NCBI GenBank assembly: GCA_963752255.1
Contig: CAVVXT010000002.1
Span: forward strand, 1 to 64,000
Reading direction: 5' to 3'
From: Nitrososphaeria archaeon
GTDB taxonomy: Archaea; Thermoproteota; Nitrososphaeria; JACIWG01
Length of the DNA stretch: 64,000 bases
How positions within the stretch are numbered: position 1 is the stretch's first letter; the number at the start of each line of letters is the position of its first letter. The notes below the pieces were generated by a model. That model did not search any database. It had not been told where the DNA came from and was given only the letters and a program-made list of their open reading frames with translations. Of this stretch, positions 55,197 to 64,000 are shown piece by piece. Both the position numbers and the translations under genes were made by a program.

Positions 55197-55280
55197 AGAA
55201 AATGATAAAAATTAAAAATGACCCCATGTGGGGTTATCTATTTTAACATCAAGCTTCTTGTATTCTACAGTAAAAAAGAA

Positions 55281-55500
55281 AGGTATTCGCACTTAATTAT
55301 GGTCGAAAACCATTGGAACCCGCTGACAAAAAGCGTCCAGCATAAAGCCGTGGCCAGCAGAAGCGTCTCTGTATCCAATAACCTAGATGTAAAGGCTATA
55401 AAACACGTCCTCGACTTGTTGACAAAAGAACTTACAAGACAAGTTAGGTAGCTAAGCTATAAAGGCTGATGTTCTATTCTAAGATCCAACGCTCGACTAT
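55281..55500 (-). mobile_element. IS end and transposase C-terminal remnant, probably IS6-like
   Basis: Same 24-bp terminus as 49128; degenerate IVERW...; C-terminus GFQWFSTIIKCEY. Confidence 0.5.
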
Positions 55501-55563
55501 AACAAAATCATTAGTAGAGGAGGGATCAATTTCGCTAAGTCAATCTTTTGTCGGACATTGCAT

Positions 55564-56215
55564 TTAAACTATTACGATCTTGAATAGCGCCTCAAAGGTG
55601 GACATTATCTCTTTTCCGTGAACTTCCTTGTTGATCAGGAACAGCATTGGAATACCTGATGTTGCCTGTATGTCTAAGGCATGTCTAGCCATCTTATATG
55701 CTTGCTCAAAGTTCGTCAGTAAAAAGATATCTGTCAGGTTATCGAAGACCACGGCAGCTGGTTCGAAACTGTTCTTTATGGTGATGAACGTACCCAAGAT
55801 TTGTGATATATCGCTTGCTGGGACGATTGTTTCTTTTCCATTTACCTTGAGGGTCTTAGAGGAGGAAGTCGAAAGGAAAACGTAATATACTTTTTGATAT
55901 CCACTAAAATCCGTATGCAATCGGCTTCCCATTCTTGTGAAGACATAGACCGTTTGGCAATAGGCTAGGCACTCCAATACGAAGTTTCTTACCCTTTGAT
56001 GGGTAGTCGGTTGATGGCTCGAACTTTAGGAGAATGGGGGTTTTAGTGAGTTCCTTATGACTGATTCTTATTAAGGAAGAGAAGATTTTCAAGTCCTTTT
56101 CAGTGGAACCTTCAGGAAGGAAGAGTGTTCTCAATTTCCCACCTGCAATTTCGTCTACCATCTGGTTCAATATCAAGAAGTTCTCATGCTTCTTGAATAC
56201 TTCTATAACGTGAAC
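55564..56215 (-). pseudogene. 5'-truncated paralog of the 7TM-DUF835 gene (DUF835-like part), frameshift near 55990
   Basis: VVFDNLTD.FLLTNFEQAYK, FLINKEVH; collinear with the C-terminus of 56516-58207. Confidence 0.8.
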
Positions 56216-56515
56216 TTCTTTATAGCTGATATATTTAATTGCGCTATGAGCAGGCAGAGTCCACGACTTACCTGTCGCAGTCCTAGAATATCGTGAGCGT
56301 TGAAAATTTGTGCATTATGAATAGAAGACGATCTCTATAAATTATACTGAAAGTGAACTAGGTTTATGCCGGCAACCAAGCATGATCTGTGAAACCTTTA
56401 AACCTGACCATCCGAGTCTGACGTATTTCATTTCTAATCAACAGGTCTAGAGGGTTTGAGTTCTTTATAAAACTTTTCTAACCTATAAATGGCATACTTT
56501 CTTGGCCAAAACCTC

Positions 56516-58207
56516 TTACGACCGACGGTTCGCTTGGAGAACGACTTTGAAAAGGATTTCGAATGCTGAAAGTGTGTTCTTGTCATGTACATCCTTATTT
56601 ATGAGAAACATCGAATGGGTTCTGGAATTGGCGATTATATCTAAAGCGTGCCTAGTTGCTTTGTATGTTTGCTCAAAGCTGGTCAGAAGAAGGACATCTG
56701 TAAGGCTGTCAAAAATTACTGCTGAAGTTTCATCGCTATTTTTTATTGTAATCAGTAAACCTAGCATCTGTGATAAGTCACTTACAGGAACGATTCTCTT
56801 TCCTTCACTCTCTTTTAAAATCTTCGAAGTTGATGGGGAAAGGAAAAGAAAGTCGATTCCAGCGACATCCTTTATATCCAAATACAAATTGCTTTCCTTT
56901 CTCGTAAACACATACACCTTTTCACCATTGGCTATGCATTCCATCACAAAATCCTTTACTCTTCCAGGGTAATTACTTCTAGCGGAGAACATTAGAAGAA
57001 TCTGCGATTCTTTAACATCCTCGTGAGTCATTTTCTCTCCGATTGAGAATCTTTCCATATCCTTCTCTGTGTATCCTGCTGGAACAAAGAGCAATTTTAG
57101 CTTTCCTTCTGAAGCCTTGGAAAGTATTTGTTTTTCTTTGAGATAGTTTTCATGTTTTTTGAGGGCCTCTATCAGGTCACCGCCCAAAAGGTCGAAAGTT
57201 TGGTCTATGAAACTAACTAAGCTTTCACTAAACTTAGGATCAAGTTCTCCATTCTCAAGGAGAGTCAAAGAAACGTCTATTAGGCAAGTTACATTTTTCG
57301 CTTCGATGGCCCCACCTTTTATGCCAATGTTTAATAAAAGTTTATCATTATCAAAACTTATTTTCTCATCAAGTCCGCACGTCTTCAAATAGGATAGCAG
57401 CTTGAAATATTTGCTTCCGAGTGCGTCCATAGGAGCTGTCATATTGCTGTAAAAGGCTTCAACAAGTTTAGCTACCTTGGGGGATATTTTGGTGTAGCCG
57501 ATTGGTATCAACGCAAATTCTTGTTCAGGTGGGGTGAATATTGCATAAGAAACTGTTGCGAAAGTTGCTAAGTTAAGAAACCCTCCCAAAGGAGGGAAGT
57601 TAGGATTAATTTGTATGAGATAAACATTCGTTATCGTTATACCTACTGCTTGGAATGCTATGAAAGCCAATAATATATACAGAAATTTTGTTTTAAGGCT
57701 TCTACTTGGAGCCTTCACCAATAGGTATATCAATATTAATATCATAATCCCCATATAAATAGGTGTACCAAGCAAAATTACCTCATAAGTGTTCAATTGA
57801 ACAATTGAGGAATAGCTCCACCCGAACACTCCCAAATGCATTTGATACTTTGTCAGAAATATGGAAATTAGACTGCCTGTAATACTTGGAAGGAGACACA
57901 GAATATTAAATATTCTGAACTTCCAAACATTAAGAAATGTCAAGAAATAGAAGCCAATTGTAAAAGGATAAACAATTCCAATGATACCAAATATTGCCAT
58001 TGCATCCATTGGTGTTTGAGCAGTTCGATTAAAGAAGACTAAAACTTCCCAACATGAAACAATTATTCCAAATAGAGATAGTGAAATCGTCACTGGATTA
58101 GCCTTGAACTTGTATAATAAAAAAAGGCTAGCTGCCGATGTAGCAATAGCGCATCCAATATACTGGATAGAGAGAAAAAGTAGAGAATAAAACGATAATT
58201 CAATCAT
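56516..58207 (-). CDS. Membrane sensor: N-terminal 7TM (HisKA_7TM-like) domain plus C-terminal inactive KaiC-like (DUF835-type) domain
   Basis: About seven hydrophobic helices in the first 225 aa; C-terminal VIFDSLTD, no Walker A, FLINKDVHD...FEILF. Confidence 0.75.
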   Translation of the reverse strand: MIELSFYSLLFLSIQYIGCAIATSAASLFLLYKFKANPVTISLSLFGIIVSCWEVLVFFNRTAQTPMDAMAIFGIIGIVYPFTIGFYFLTFLNVWKFRIFNILCLLPSITGSLISIFLTKYQMHLGVFGWSYSSIVQLNTYEVILLGTPIYMGIMILILIYLLVKAPSRSLKTKFLYILLAFIAFQAVGITITNVYLIQINPNFPPLGGFLNLATFATVSYAIFTPPEQEFALIPIGYTKISPKVAKLVEAFYSNMTAPMDALGSKYFKLLSYLKTCGLDEKISFDNDKLLLNIGIKGGAIEAKNVTCLIDVSLTLLENGELDPKFSESLVSFIDQTFDLLGGDLIEALKKHENYLKEKQILSKASEGKLKLLFVPAGYTEKDMERFSIGEKMTHEDVKESQILLMFSARSNYPGRVKDFVMECIANGEKVYVFTRKESNLYLDIKDVAGIDFLFLSPSTSKILKESEGKRIVPVSDLSQMLGLLITIKNSDETSAVIFDSLTDVLLLTSFEQTYKATRHALDIIANSRTHSMFLINKDVHDKNTLSAFEILFKVVLQANRRS

Positions 58208-59822
58208 GTAAGCTACTTTCCTTTAGCTCTTCCAAAATATCAGATCTTTCAGGTGCTATGATCTTCGGTGGTTTGAACTGTCCTAAAGGCACATTCTTTC
58301 TCGCTTGCCTCATCGCGTACCTTGTGAACGTCCCTCTTTCTAGGAATTCGACTTTTATCGCTTCAGAAGGTTTTTTAATATTAAAATCATGGACGTAGCT
58401 GCTGAACTCAGGCTGCACTGCAAGCATAGAATTAAATATCGCTTTTTCCGCTTCCCTCTCAGTTAAAGGCCACTCCCTCTCAAACAATATAATTAAAACC
58501 TCATTCGGTTTAATAGTCTTTGTAGCTGCCCACCGATCGCTTGCCTTGAAGCCTGCTTTGACTATGACTTCTGCCATAAGATCTTCGGTTAGACGGTAGT
58601 AGTCATAGATCATCATCATAGTTTGTGTTCTTCCTTCGAATGTAAAAACTGGCATTTCATCGTAGAAGTCAGAGACTCTAAAAATGTCGCGAATTCTATA
58701 CCTTACAAAGATAGAGTAAAACGGTGTGGCGACTAGTTCGTACATTTCACCCTTCTTAACTTCTGAAAGCTTTCTGACTTCGCCTTTCTCATCTAGGAAT
58801 TCGAAGTAGTTAGTCTTGAGATTGGGAAAGAAGCCTAGCTTCCTATCAGGTCTTCCAAACATGCAACTGCCAAGTTCTGTTGCCCCATATGAATTGAGTG
58901 GTTCGACTCCAAATTCTTCTTTGAAAAAGTCTGTGTAAAATCGTGCATCGGTACTGCCTATCAAGACCCCTCTAAGTGGCATTATCTCCCTCAGATCTTT
59001 CTTCCCACTGTTCCCAAGTTTTACAGAAAGTTGCTTTAAGAGTATGAGGAACTTCTTAGACATGCTAGGAGTAGCCTTGTAAGACGTAGACAAAAAATAC
59101 TGCGGATCCGAGAAATACTTACATGCCATATAAAGTAAAGCTCCGCTGCCCCCCATCATATGTATTTTATTGCCCTTCTCGATCATTTTAAGTGAAGTAT
59201 AGAATTTTTTCCCCATATCGGCTACGTTGTCCGTGTAGCTAATGGGGGGTATGAAGTTGATTATTTCATCCCAGAATCTGGTCGCCCAGCCACTGATATA
59301 AGGAACAGGTGCTACAAGATTAAGGGTATTTGGCTTCTCCTCGAGGACCTTTTCACCCCACTCTTTGGAGAGGGTCATTAAAACTAAAGCAATACTACTT
59401 GCCACATATCCCTCGTTGAACTTCTTGGTGTGAACTATCCATTTGCTTTCCCCCGTTGTACCAGTTGTTTTCATGCATAAAACAGGTTCATCTGGCAGGT
59501 ATCCATCAACTAAGCTAGAAGTTTTATTGAAGAGCCTTGTGTAGTAATCGTGAAGTAGCTCCCCTTCAGCTCTGGCCTCTCTTTTCTCCTCTTCCTTAAT
59601 TTCTTGGCCAAATGTTAAGAGAATTGGATAATCATCGTATTCTGTGATTGGTAAATCCTCTATTTTATTTGGTTTCTTTCCTTTGGCGATTGATTTCGCA
59701 GTCACCGTCCTACACCAAGCATCTAGGTGGTCTAAAGCAAGCCCCTCATTTAGATTTACCTGTGTGTTGAAATCTTGTTTATAGAAACTGCAATATTTTT
59801 CCCACAGGGAGCTGCTGTTCAA
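58200..59822 (-). CDS. GH3 family acyl-adenylate/acyl-amido synthetase
   Basis: PITEYDDY, TTGTTGESK, YGATE, YFEF, RYRIRD, EGR, GQFKPPK. Confidence 0.85.
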   Translation of the reverse strand: MNSSSLWEKYCSFYKQDFNTQVNLNEGLALDHLDAWCRTVTAKSIAKGKKPNKIEDLPITEYDDYPILLTFGQEIKEEEKREARAEGELLHDYYTRLFNKTSSLVDGYLPDEPVLCMKTTGTTGESKWIVHTKKFNEGYVASSIALVLMTLSKEWGEKVLEEKPNTLNLVAPVPYISGWATRFWDEIINFIPPISYTDNVADMGKKFYTSLKMIEKGNKIHMMGGSGALLYMACKYFSDPQYFLSTSYKATPSMSKKFLILLKQLSVKLGNSGKKDLREIMPLRGVLIGSTDARFYTDFFKEEFGVEPLNSYGATELGSCMFGRPDRKLGFFPNLKTNYFEFLDEKGEVRKLSEVKKGEMYELVATPFYSIFVRYRIRDIFRVSDFYDEMPVFTFEGRTQTMMMIYDYYRLTEDLMAEVIVKAGFKASDRWAATKTIKPNEVLIILFEREWPLTEREAEKAIFNSMLAVQPEFSSYVHDFNIKKPSEAIKVEFLERGTFTRYAMRQARKNVPLGQFKPPKIIAPERSDILEELKESSLHD

Positions 59823-59823
59823 T

Positions 59824-60522
59824 TTAAGCCATCTCTGGATAGGGGGTAATTATTATTCCATCCTGTGCACCTATTGTGTACTGGTAGAACTTCATGTCAT
59901 GGTTTGTGCCTCTCATTTTCAGTGCGACCATCCTCCTTTTTAGTTCACCTTTAACTGGTACTGTCTCGAATCGGATAATTCCGTCCGCGGTGAATTCTTC
60001 TACGCCTGATCCTAGACTGTCCTCTCCCCAAGGTGTCTCGGAAATAAGTATGCTTGTGCAGTCCAACTTTCTTAGTAATTTTTGAATTACTGAAAGCGAA
60101 CTTCTAATCTCCATCTTCTCTCCAAATGCAGCAGTTATTGCAGTTACAGAGTCGATGACTATCCTTTTCGCTCCGAAAACTCTAGTCTCATCTAATATCA
60201 TGTCAAGTATGGTTTCCAAGCTTCCTTTCTTCATCGCCGCAAGGTCGAATATCTTGATCATTCCTTGATTTTCTAAACTTTCGAAGTCCCATCCAAGTGC
60301 TAGCATCAAATGCTTAAAGACATCCGAGCTTTCATTGAAGGTTACAAAAACACCTTTCTCAGAGAAACGGGTAGCCCCGTTGTAAATGAACTGTGCCGCG
60401 GCGATGGTCTTTCCTGTTCCAGGGCCGCCCGCGAGCAGAATGACGGAATTCTTTGGAACCCCCCCGTTGAGGATCATATCTAGCGTATCTATGCCAGTGC
60501 GGACTCTTTCTATTGAAGCCAA
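59824..60522 (-). CDS. Single-domain KaiC/RAD55-like ATPase
   Basis: TGI..LD..L.GG.P, GGPGTGKT, F.E, RIVIDS, EEFTADGII, KMRGT.H. Confidence 0.92.
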   Translation of the reverse strand: MASIERVRTGIDTLDMILNGGVPKNSVILLAGGPGTGKTIAAAQFIYNGATRFSEKGVFVTFNESSDVFKHLMLALGWDFESLENQGMIKIFDLAAMKKGSLETILDMILDETRVFGAKRIVIDSVTAITAAFGEKMEIRSSLSVIQKLLRKLDCTSILISETPWGEDSLGSGVEEFTADGIIRFETVPVKGELKRRMVALKMRGTNHDMKFYQYTIGAQDGIIITPYPEMA

Positions 60523-61188
60523 CTAAGTCGTCCTTCCGCTTATATCAAACTTAAACTTAATTAAGTTGTCTGTGGATTCATTCTCCTCTTCTATTCTCAA
60601 TGATACCTTCCTATGGGTGATCTCCTCCATACCACCGCAGACAACTCCCCTGACCATAATTTGCGCAATTTTGTTCTTGAATGGTACCTTTGAGACTGTC
60701 AGTGTTCCCGTACCCTTTTCGTAATCTATTTCATTGTATACTGGTTCCCCCCAGCCTCTTAGTTTAAGAAGCTGTCCAAAGTTTAGGATAAGCTCGTTTT
60801 GACTTTTACCCGAATTACCTAACGTTTTCCCAATGCCCTTTCCGATCGACTGTCCTATGTTGAACAATATTATTGAGCCACCAACACCGAAGATATCCTT
60901 TATTGTCGACATTAAAATATCCCATTCGGATGCAGTGGTTTCGATAAAGTCCTCCACAGGTTTTTGTGTTCCCACCTTTACTAATTCTGTATTGATCAGC
61001 TCCCTATTGACTTCAACCCGGTAGCCTTTGATAATGCCATTTTCTTCCATCTTCTTTATTCTCCTCGCAACGGTTCTATCTGAGGATCCGACCTGTTGAG
61101 CGATCTCCTTACATTCAATGCGCGCGTTCTCCATTAGAATATCAAGAATCTTCAGGTCTATGTCATCGAAATTTAGATTACCCAACAT
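60523..61188 (-). CDS. Lrp/AsnC-type HTH fused to a V4R-like ligand-binding domain
   Basis: DDIDLKILDIL..NAR...EIA...SDRTV.RRIKKMEENGIIKGY; G..IG, RGWG, RG...G. Confidence 0.8.
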   Translation of the reverse strand: MLGNLNFDDIDLKILDILMENARIECKEIAQQVGSSDRTVARRIKKMEENGIIKGYRVEVNRELINTELVKVGTQKPVEDFIETTASEWDILMSTIKDIFGVGGSIILFNIGQSIGKGIGKTLGNSGKSQNELILNFGQLLKLRGWGEPVYNEIDYEKGTGTLTVSKVPFKNKIAQIMVRGVVCGGMEEITHRKVSLRIEEENESTDNLIKFKFDISGRTT

Positions 61189-61214
61189 ACCACTTGTATA
61201 TATGCCAATTAGCG

Positions 61215-61272
61215 TTATAAAAGACTTTCCTTGACATCATTTATGTCAATTTTTGACATTAATTTATGTTAA
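61215..61272 (-). promoter_or_regulatory. BRE/TATA with two tandem palindromes immediately upstream
   Basis: TTGACAT-N5-ATGTCAA (61231-61249) and TTGACAT-N6-ATGTTAA (61253-61272) precede the minus-strand GGAAAGTC-TTTTATAA. Confidence 0.7.
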
Positions 61273-61782
61273 TTATTGTGTAAATATTAACGATATTCAT
61301 ACTCCGATAATAAAGAGTGCTCTCTAAATCCCTCGTTGCTCTATAAACTTTTTCAACCTTATTTATTTTTGATTTAAACATGTCAGACAAGTAAAATTAG
61401 GTATTAGTCTAATATAAGATAATGGTTCCACAATAAAGAAAAATGATTTAAGGCCGCAATTAGTAGCGTTGAACTATTTCCGTTTGGTATTCTCAATCCT
61501 CGACTCTTTTATCTCCTCAGAAAGCTTGTTCCTTACATCCCAAACTTTTTTAGGATCCATGCTTACTTCCTTTATCCTTTTTTCCAAAATGTGTCCAAAG
61601 AACTTAACTACATCTAATAGATCTGAAAGATGACTTGTCAAAATATGATCTATCGGTACTTCTTCATTATTTTTGTTTTCATAAATTGAATTATTTCTTC
61701 AGCAGTTTTCTTGGACTCAATATCCTTCCATAGCACTATATTCTGATATACATTCACAAAGATTTTGTATTGGGATGACACT

Positions 61783-62190
61783 TCACCTATTTATTGTGGG
61801 TCTCCAGCTGAGCGCTAAGGCTCCCCCTATAATTCCCAATATTGCGCCCACGAAGAAACCCCCCAAACCAAGAAGGCTGATTATCGAGAAGACAAGCACT
61901 ATGATGCCCCAGATGGTATGCTCTGATGGACGCGTATCAAGCATCACCGCACCGATTATCACAAGTACACCGGAAATCAGCCCTATAAGAGAGAGGCCCA
62001 CAATGGAACCGAAAGGAAATCCGTAGCCTCCCATCATACCCCAGTAACCACCCATCATGCCCCTAAATCCGCCCATCATACCGAATCCCAGGAAACCGAA
62101 CATGGAAAATATGGCTCAGCTTAAGACCATCAAAATGCCACTGATAAGTGAAAGTATCGCTGCAATAGTGGGCCTGTTTTCTGAACTCAT
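61783..62190 (-). CDS. GMMG-repeat membrane protein, paralog of 7142-7528 (frameshift near 62115)
   Basis: Starts MSSENRPTIAAILSLI; three GMMG units versus two in the paralog. Confidence 0.75.
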
Positions 62191-62479
62191 TTATCTCATC
62201 TACCTCTAAGTTAAATTTGATGTTTAAAATACGTTGGAAACATAAAAATGTTGGCTTTCCTAGTAATAACTTTATCAGTTTTAAGAAAGCGTTCATAGGT
62301 ATAATATGGCACTAAAAAGTTCTATATTTATAAGATCAACTACGAATAAGAAAGTGGACAATGTTGAAGACAAGGACCAAAACCTAAATAACAACGTGGA
62401 AGTAACAACTTTTTTTCTTTGATCATCAAAAGCACCCCAGCCTTTCGTGCACCAAAACATGATAACACAATATCAAGAG

Positions 62480-62840
62480 GGGTAAAGTTGCTGAAAAACT
62501 GGCGGAGCTCCTCGAAATCTCCCTTAGAAGGATAGAGGAACTGTTAAACGACGAGTACAAAGACGAGAAGATGCAAGAACGGGGTAAAAAAGGCGGTGAA
62601 TCAACAGCGGCAAAAGCGCAAGATAATGTTTTACAAGTGGATATAACGAAACAAAATGCTGCTGCACAGAGCGCAGCAGAGGGTACAACCGAGGCTATAG
62701 CAAGCATAACCAGAAAGCCCACAAAAGTAGGATCAAAAACTGTTAGATCCCCAGTACAAAGACGAGAAGATGCAAAACCTGGGTAAAAAAGGTGGTAGAC
62801 CAAAAGCGCACGATAATGTTTTACATAAGGATATAACGAA
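62480..62840 (+). pseudogene. Remnant of an HTH-containing element protein with an internal ~85-bp direct repeat
   Basis: VAEKLAELLEISLRRIEELL..EYK; AGACGAGAAGATGCAA...GATAATGTTTTACA..GGATATAACGAAA at 62561 and 62760. Confidence 0.45.
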
Positions 62841-63224
62841 AGGAGAAGGAGGTATTCCAAGAATAGCTGCCCCTTTTGAAGCCTTAATCGTTTAGGAATG
62901 CTATTTGGTACTCTCCACCCAGTTCCAGCATCAGCATTTTAGCTTACGTTTTCCGGATTCCATCTCTTGACTCTATACACGGACAGAAGGTTGCTTAGAG
63001 ATTAACTTTAGCGTACGGTGTACTAGTTAATTCAACTTTTACATATAGTGTACTAATTACTTAAAGATCAAAGGCCATAGTACGTCAAACCGCAAAAATA
63101 GTTTTACTATTTAATATAGGAACGTGCTTGTTCTCCTATAATGTGCTGGGCATTCCTTAGGAAAACAGGCTTCTACCTGTATATATATAGGAATAAAAAA
63201 ATTGCCAGATCAGAACTATACTTT

Positions 63225-63440
63225 AACATATGGTTCTAAGTATGGCCAACATTATGTTCAAGACTAGATTTTAGACTATGCTTAAACTAGATACTAGAAT
63301 ATGTTTAAACTATGTCCAAGAATAGATTCTTACTATCTTAAAATATGCTCAGACTATGCTCCTAAAAAAAGGATAATGTTCTAAGAGTATGTTCTTGACT
63401 ACCTTTAAGATTATGTTCCAAGATATGGACTCAAATATGC
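63225..63440. repeat. Degenerate 11-12-bp periodic repeat tract (ACTATGTTCAAG-like)
   Basis: More than a dozen TATG/TAGA-centred units at roughly helical spacing; non-coding. Confidence 0.6.
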
Positions 63441-63474
63441 TTTAATATAGGGGTAGCCTTAACTTCCTTTAACT

Positions 63475-63849
63475 ATGTCTAAGCATTATCCTCCAGCCTA
63501 CTATAAGTATAGAAAAACCCATACAACGATCTCTATAAACGTCACAAAGGAGTTTAAGAAAGAGCTGGACAAACGCAGGGGCAAATTATCGTATGGCGCT
63601 TTCGTAAAGAAAGTTCTTGAAAACATTGGAGAACAATTATCAAAGACCGAAGACTATGTTAGGGAAAATGAAGACAACTTTAGGGTGCCATGCAGGATTT
63701 GTGGAAAATTCATGTCCTTTTCGGATAAAGATAGTGAATGGCCTGAAGAAAAGAAAATACTCTATGAAGCATTCAAAAAATGGGGCCACGTTGAATGTTT
63801 AAAGAAGGAGGAAGAAGAGGAAAAAGCTAAAAAAGCTAGCAGCAAATAA
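63475..63849 (+). CDS. Small basic DNA-binding protein (ribbon-helix-helix-like plus Zn-binding motif)
   Basis: TTISINVTKEFKKELD....LSYGAFV; CRICG...HVEC. Confidence 0.55.
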   Translation: MSKHYPPAYYKYRKTHTTISINVTKEFKKELDKRRGKLSYGAFVKKVLENIGEQLSKTEDYVRENEDNFRVPCRICGKFMSFSDKDSEWPEEKKILYEAFKKWGHVECLKKEEEEEKAKKASSK

Positions 63850-64000
63850 GCTAGAATTAGACCATCTCACATTAGCGCATTACGACGTTAAGATCTCATT
63901 GATGTATTTGACCAAATTGTGGTTAAATTGCTCATTATAAAACAAAGAAGCAAACTATATCTGTGACAAAGGCTGCAAACACTATAACAAATACCGGGCC

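Overview
Archaeal DNA, most likely from a TACK-type lineage. The evidence is TATA/BRE promoters, GGTGA-type ribosome-binding sites, AOR, two-subunit ADP-forming acyl-CoA synthetase, pyruvoyl arginine decarboxylase, and TackOD1, KaiC and DUF835 proteins. The window is an accessory, rearranged region full of duplicated fragments, internally deleted genes and IS remnants. Many genes also carry single-base frameshifts that may be long-read errors. Intact content is mostly stress, metal and transport genes: an ABC exporter pair, CDF, CopA, two H+-ATPases, an ars cluster, OsmC proteins and thioredoxins. Both ends look element-derived. Most notable observations: (1) a tight operon encoding an HTH-V4R regulator, a KaiC-like ATPase, a GH3 acyl-amido ligase and a 7TM-DUF835 receptor, with tandem palindromes just upstream of BRE/TATA, a candidate signal-synthase/receptor (quorum-sensing-like) circuit; (2) a 67-nt bulge-helix-bulge intron in the Walker A codons of an AAA ATPase, present twice, whose canonical excision restores GCGKT; (3) a threonine-synthase-like protein lacking its PLP lysine, fused to a winged HTH and divergent from a B6-type ECF S component across a perfect palindrome; (4) a preQ1-II-like structured leader before queT; (5) a divergent Ku-like gene; (6) a GcvH-like/DGC/OsmC module inside the arsenic cluster. 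All family calls come from motif recognition by eye, not from database searches.
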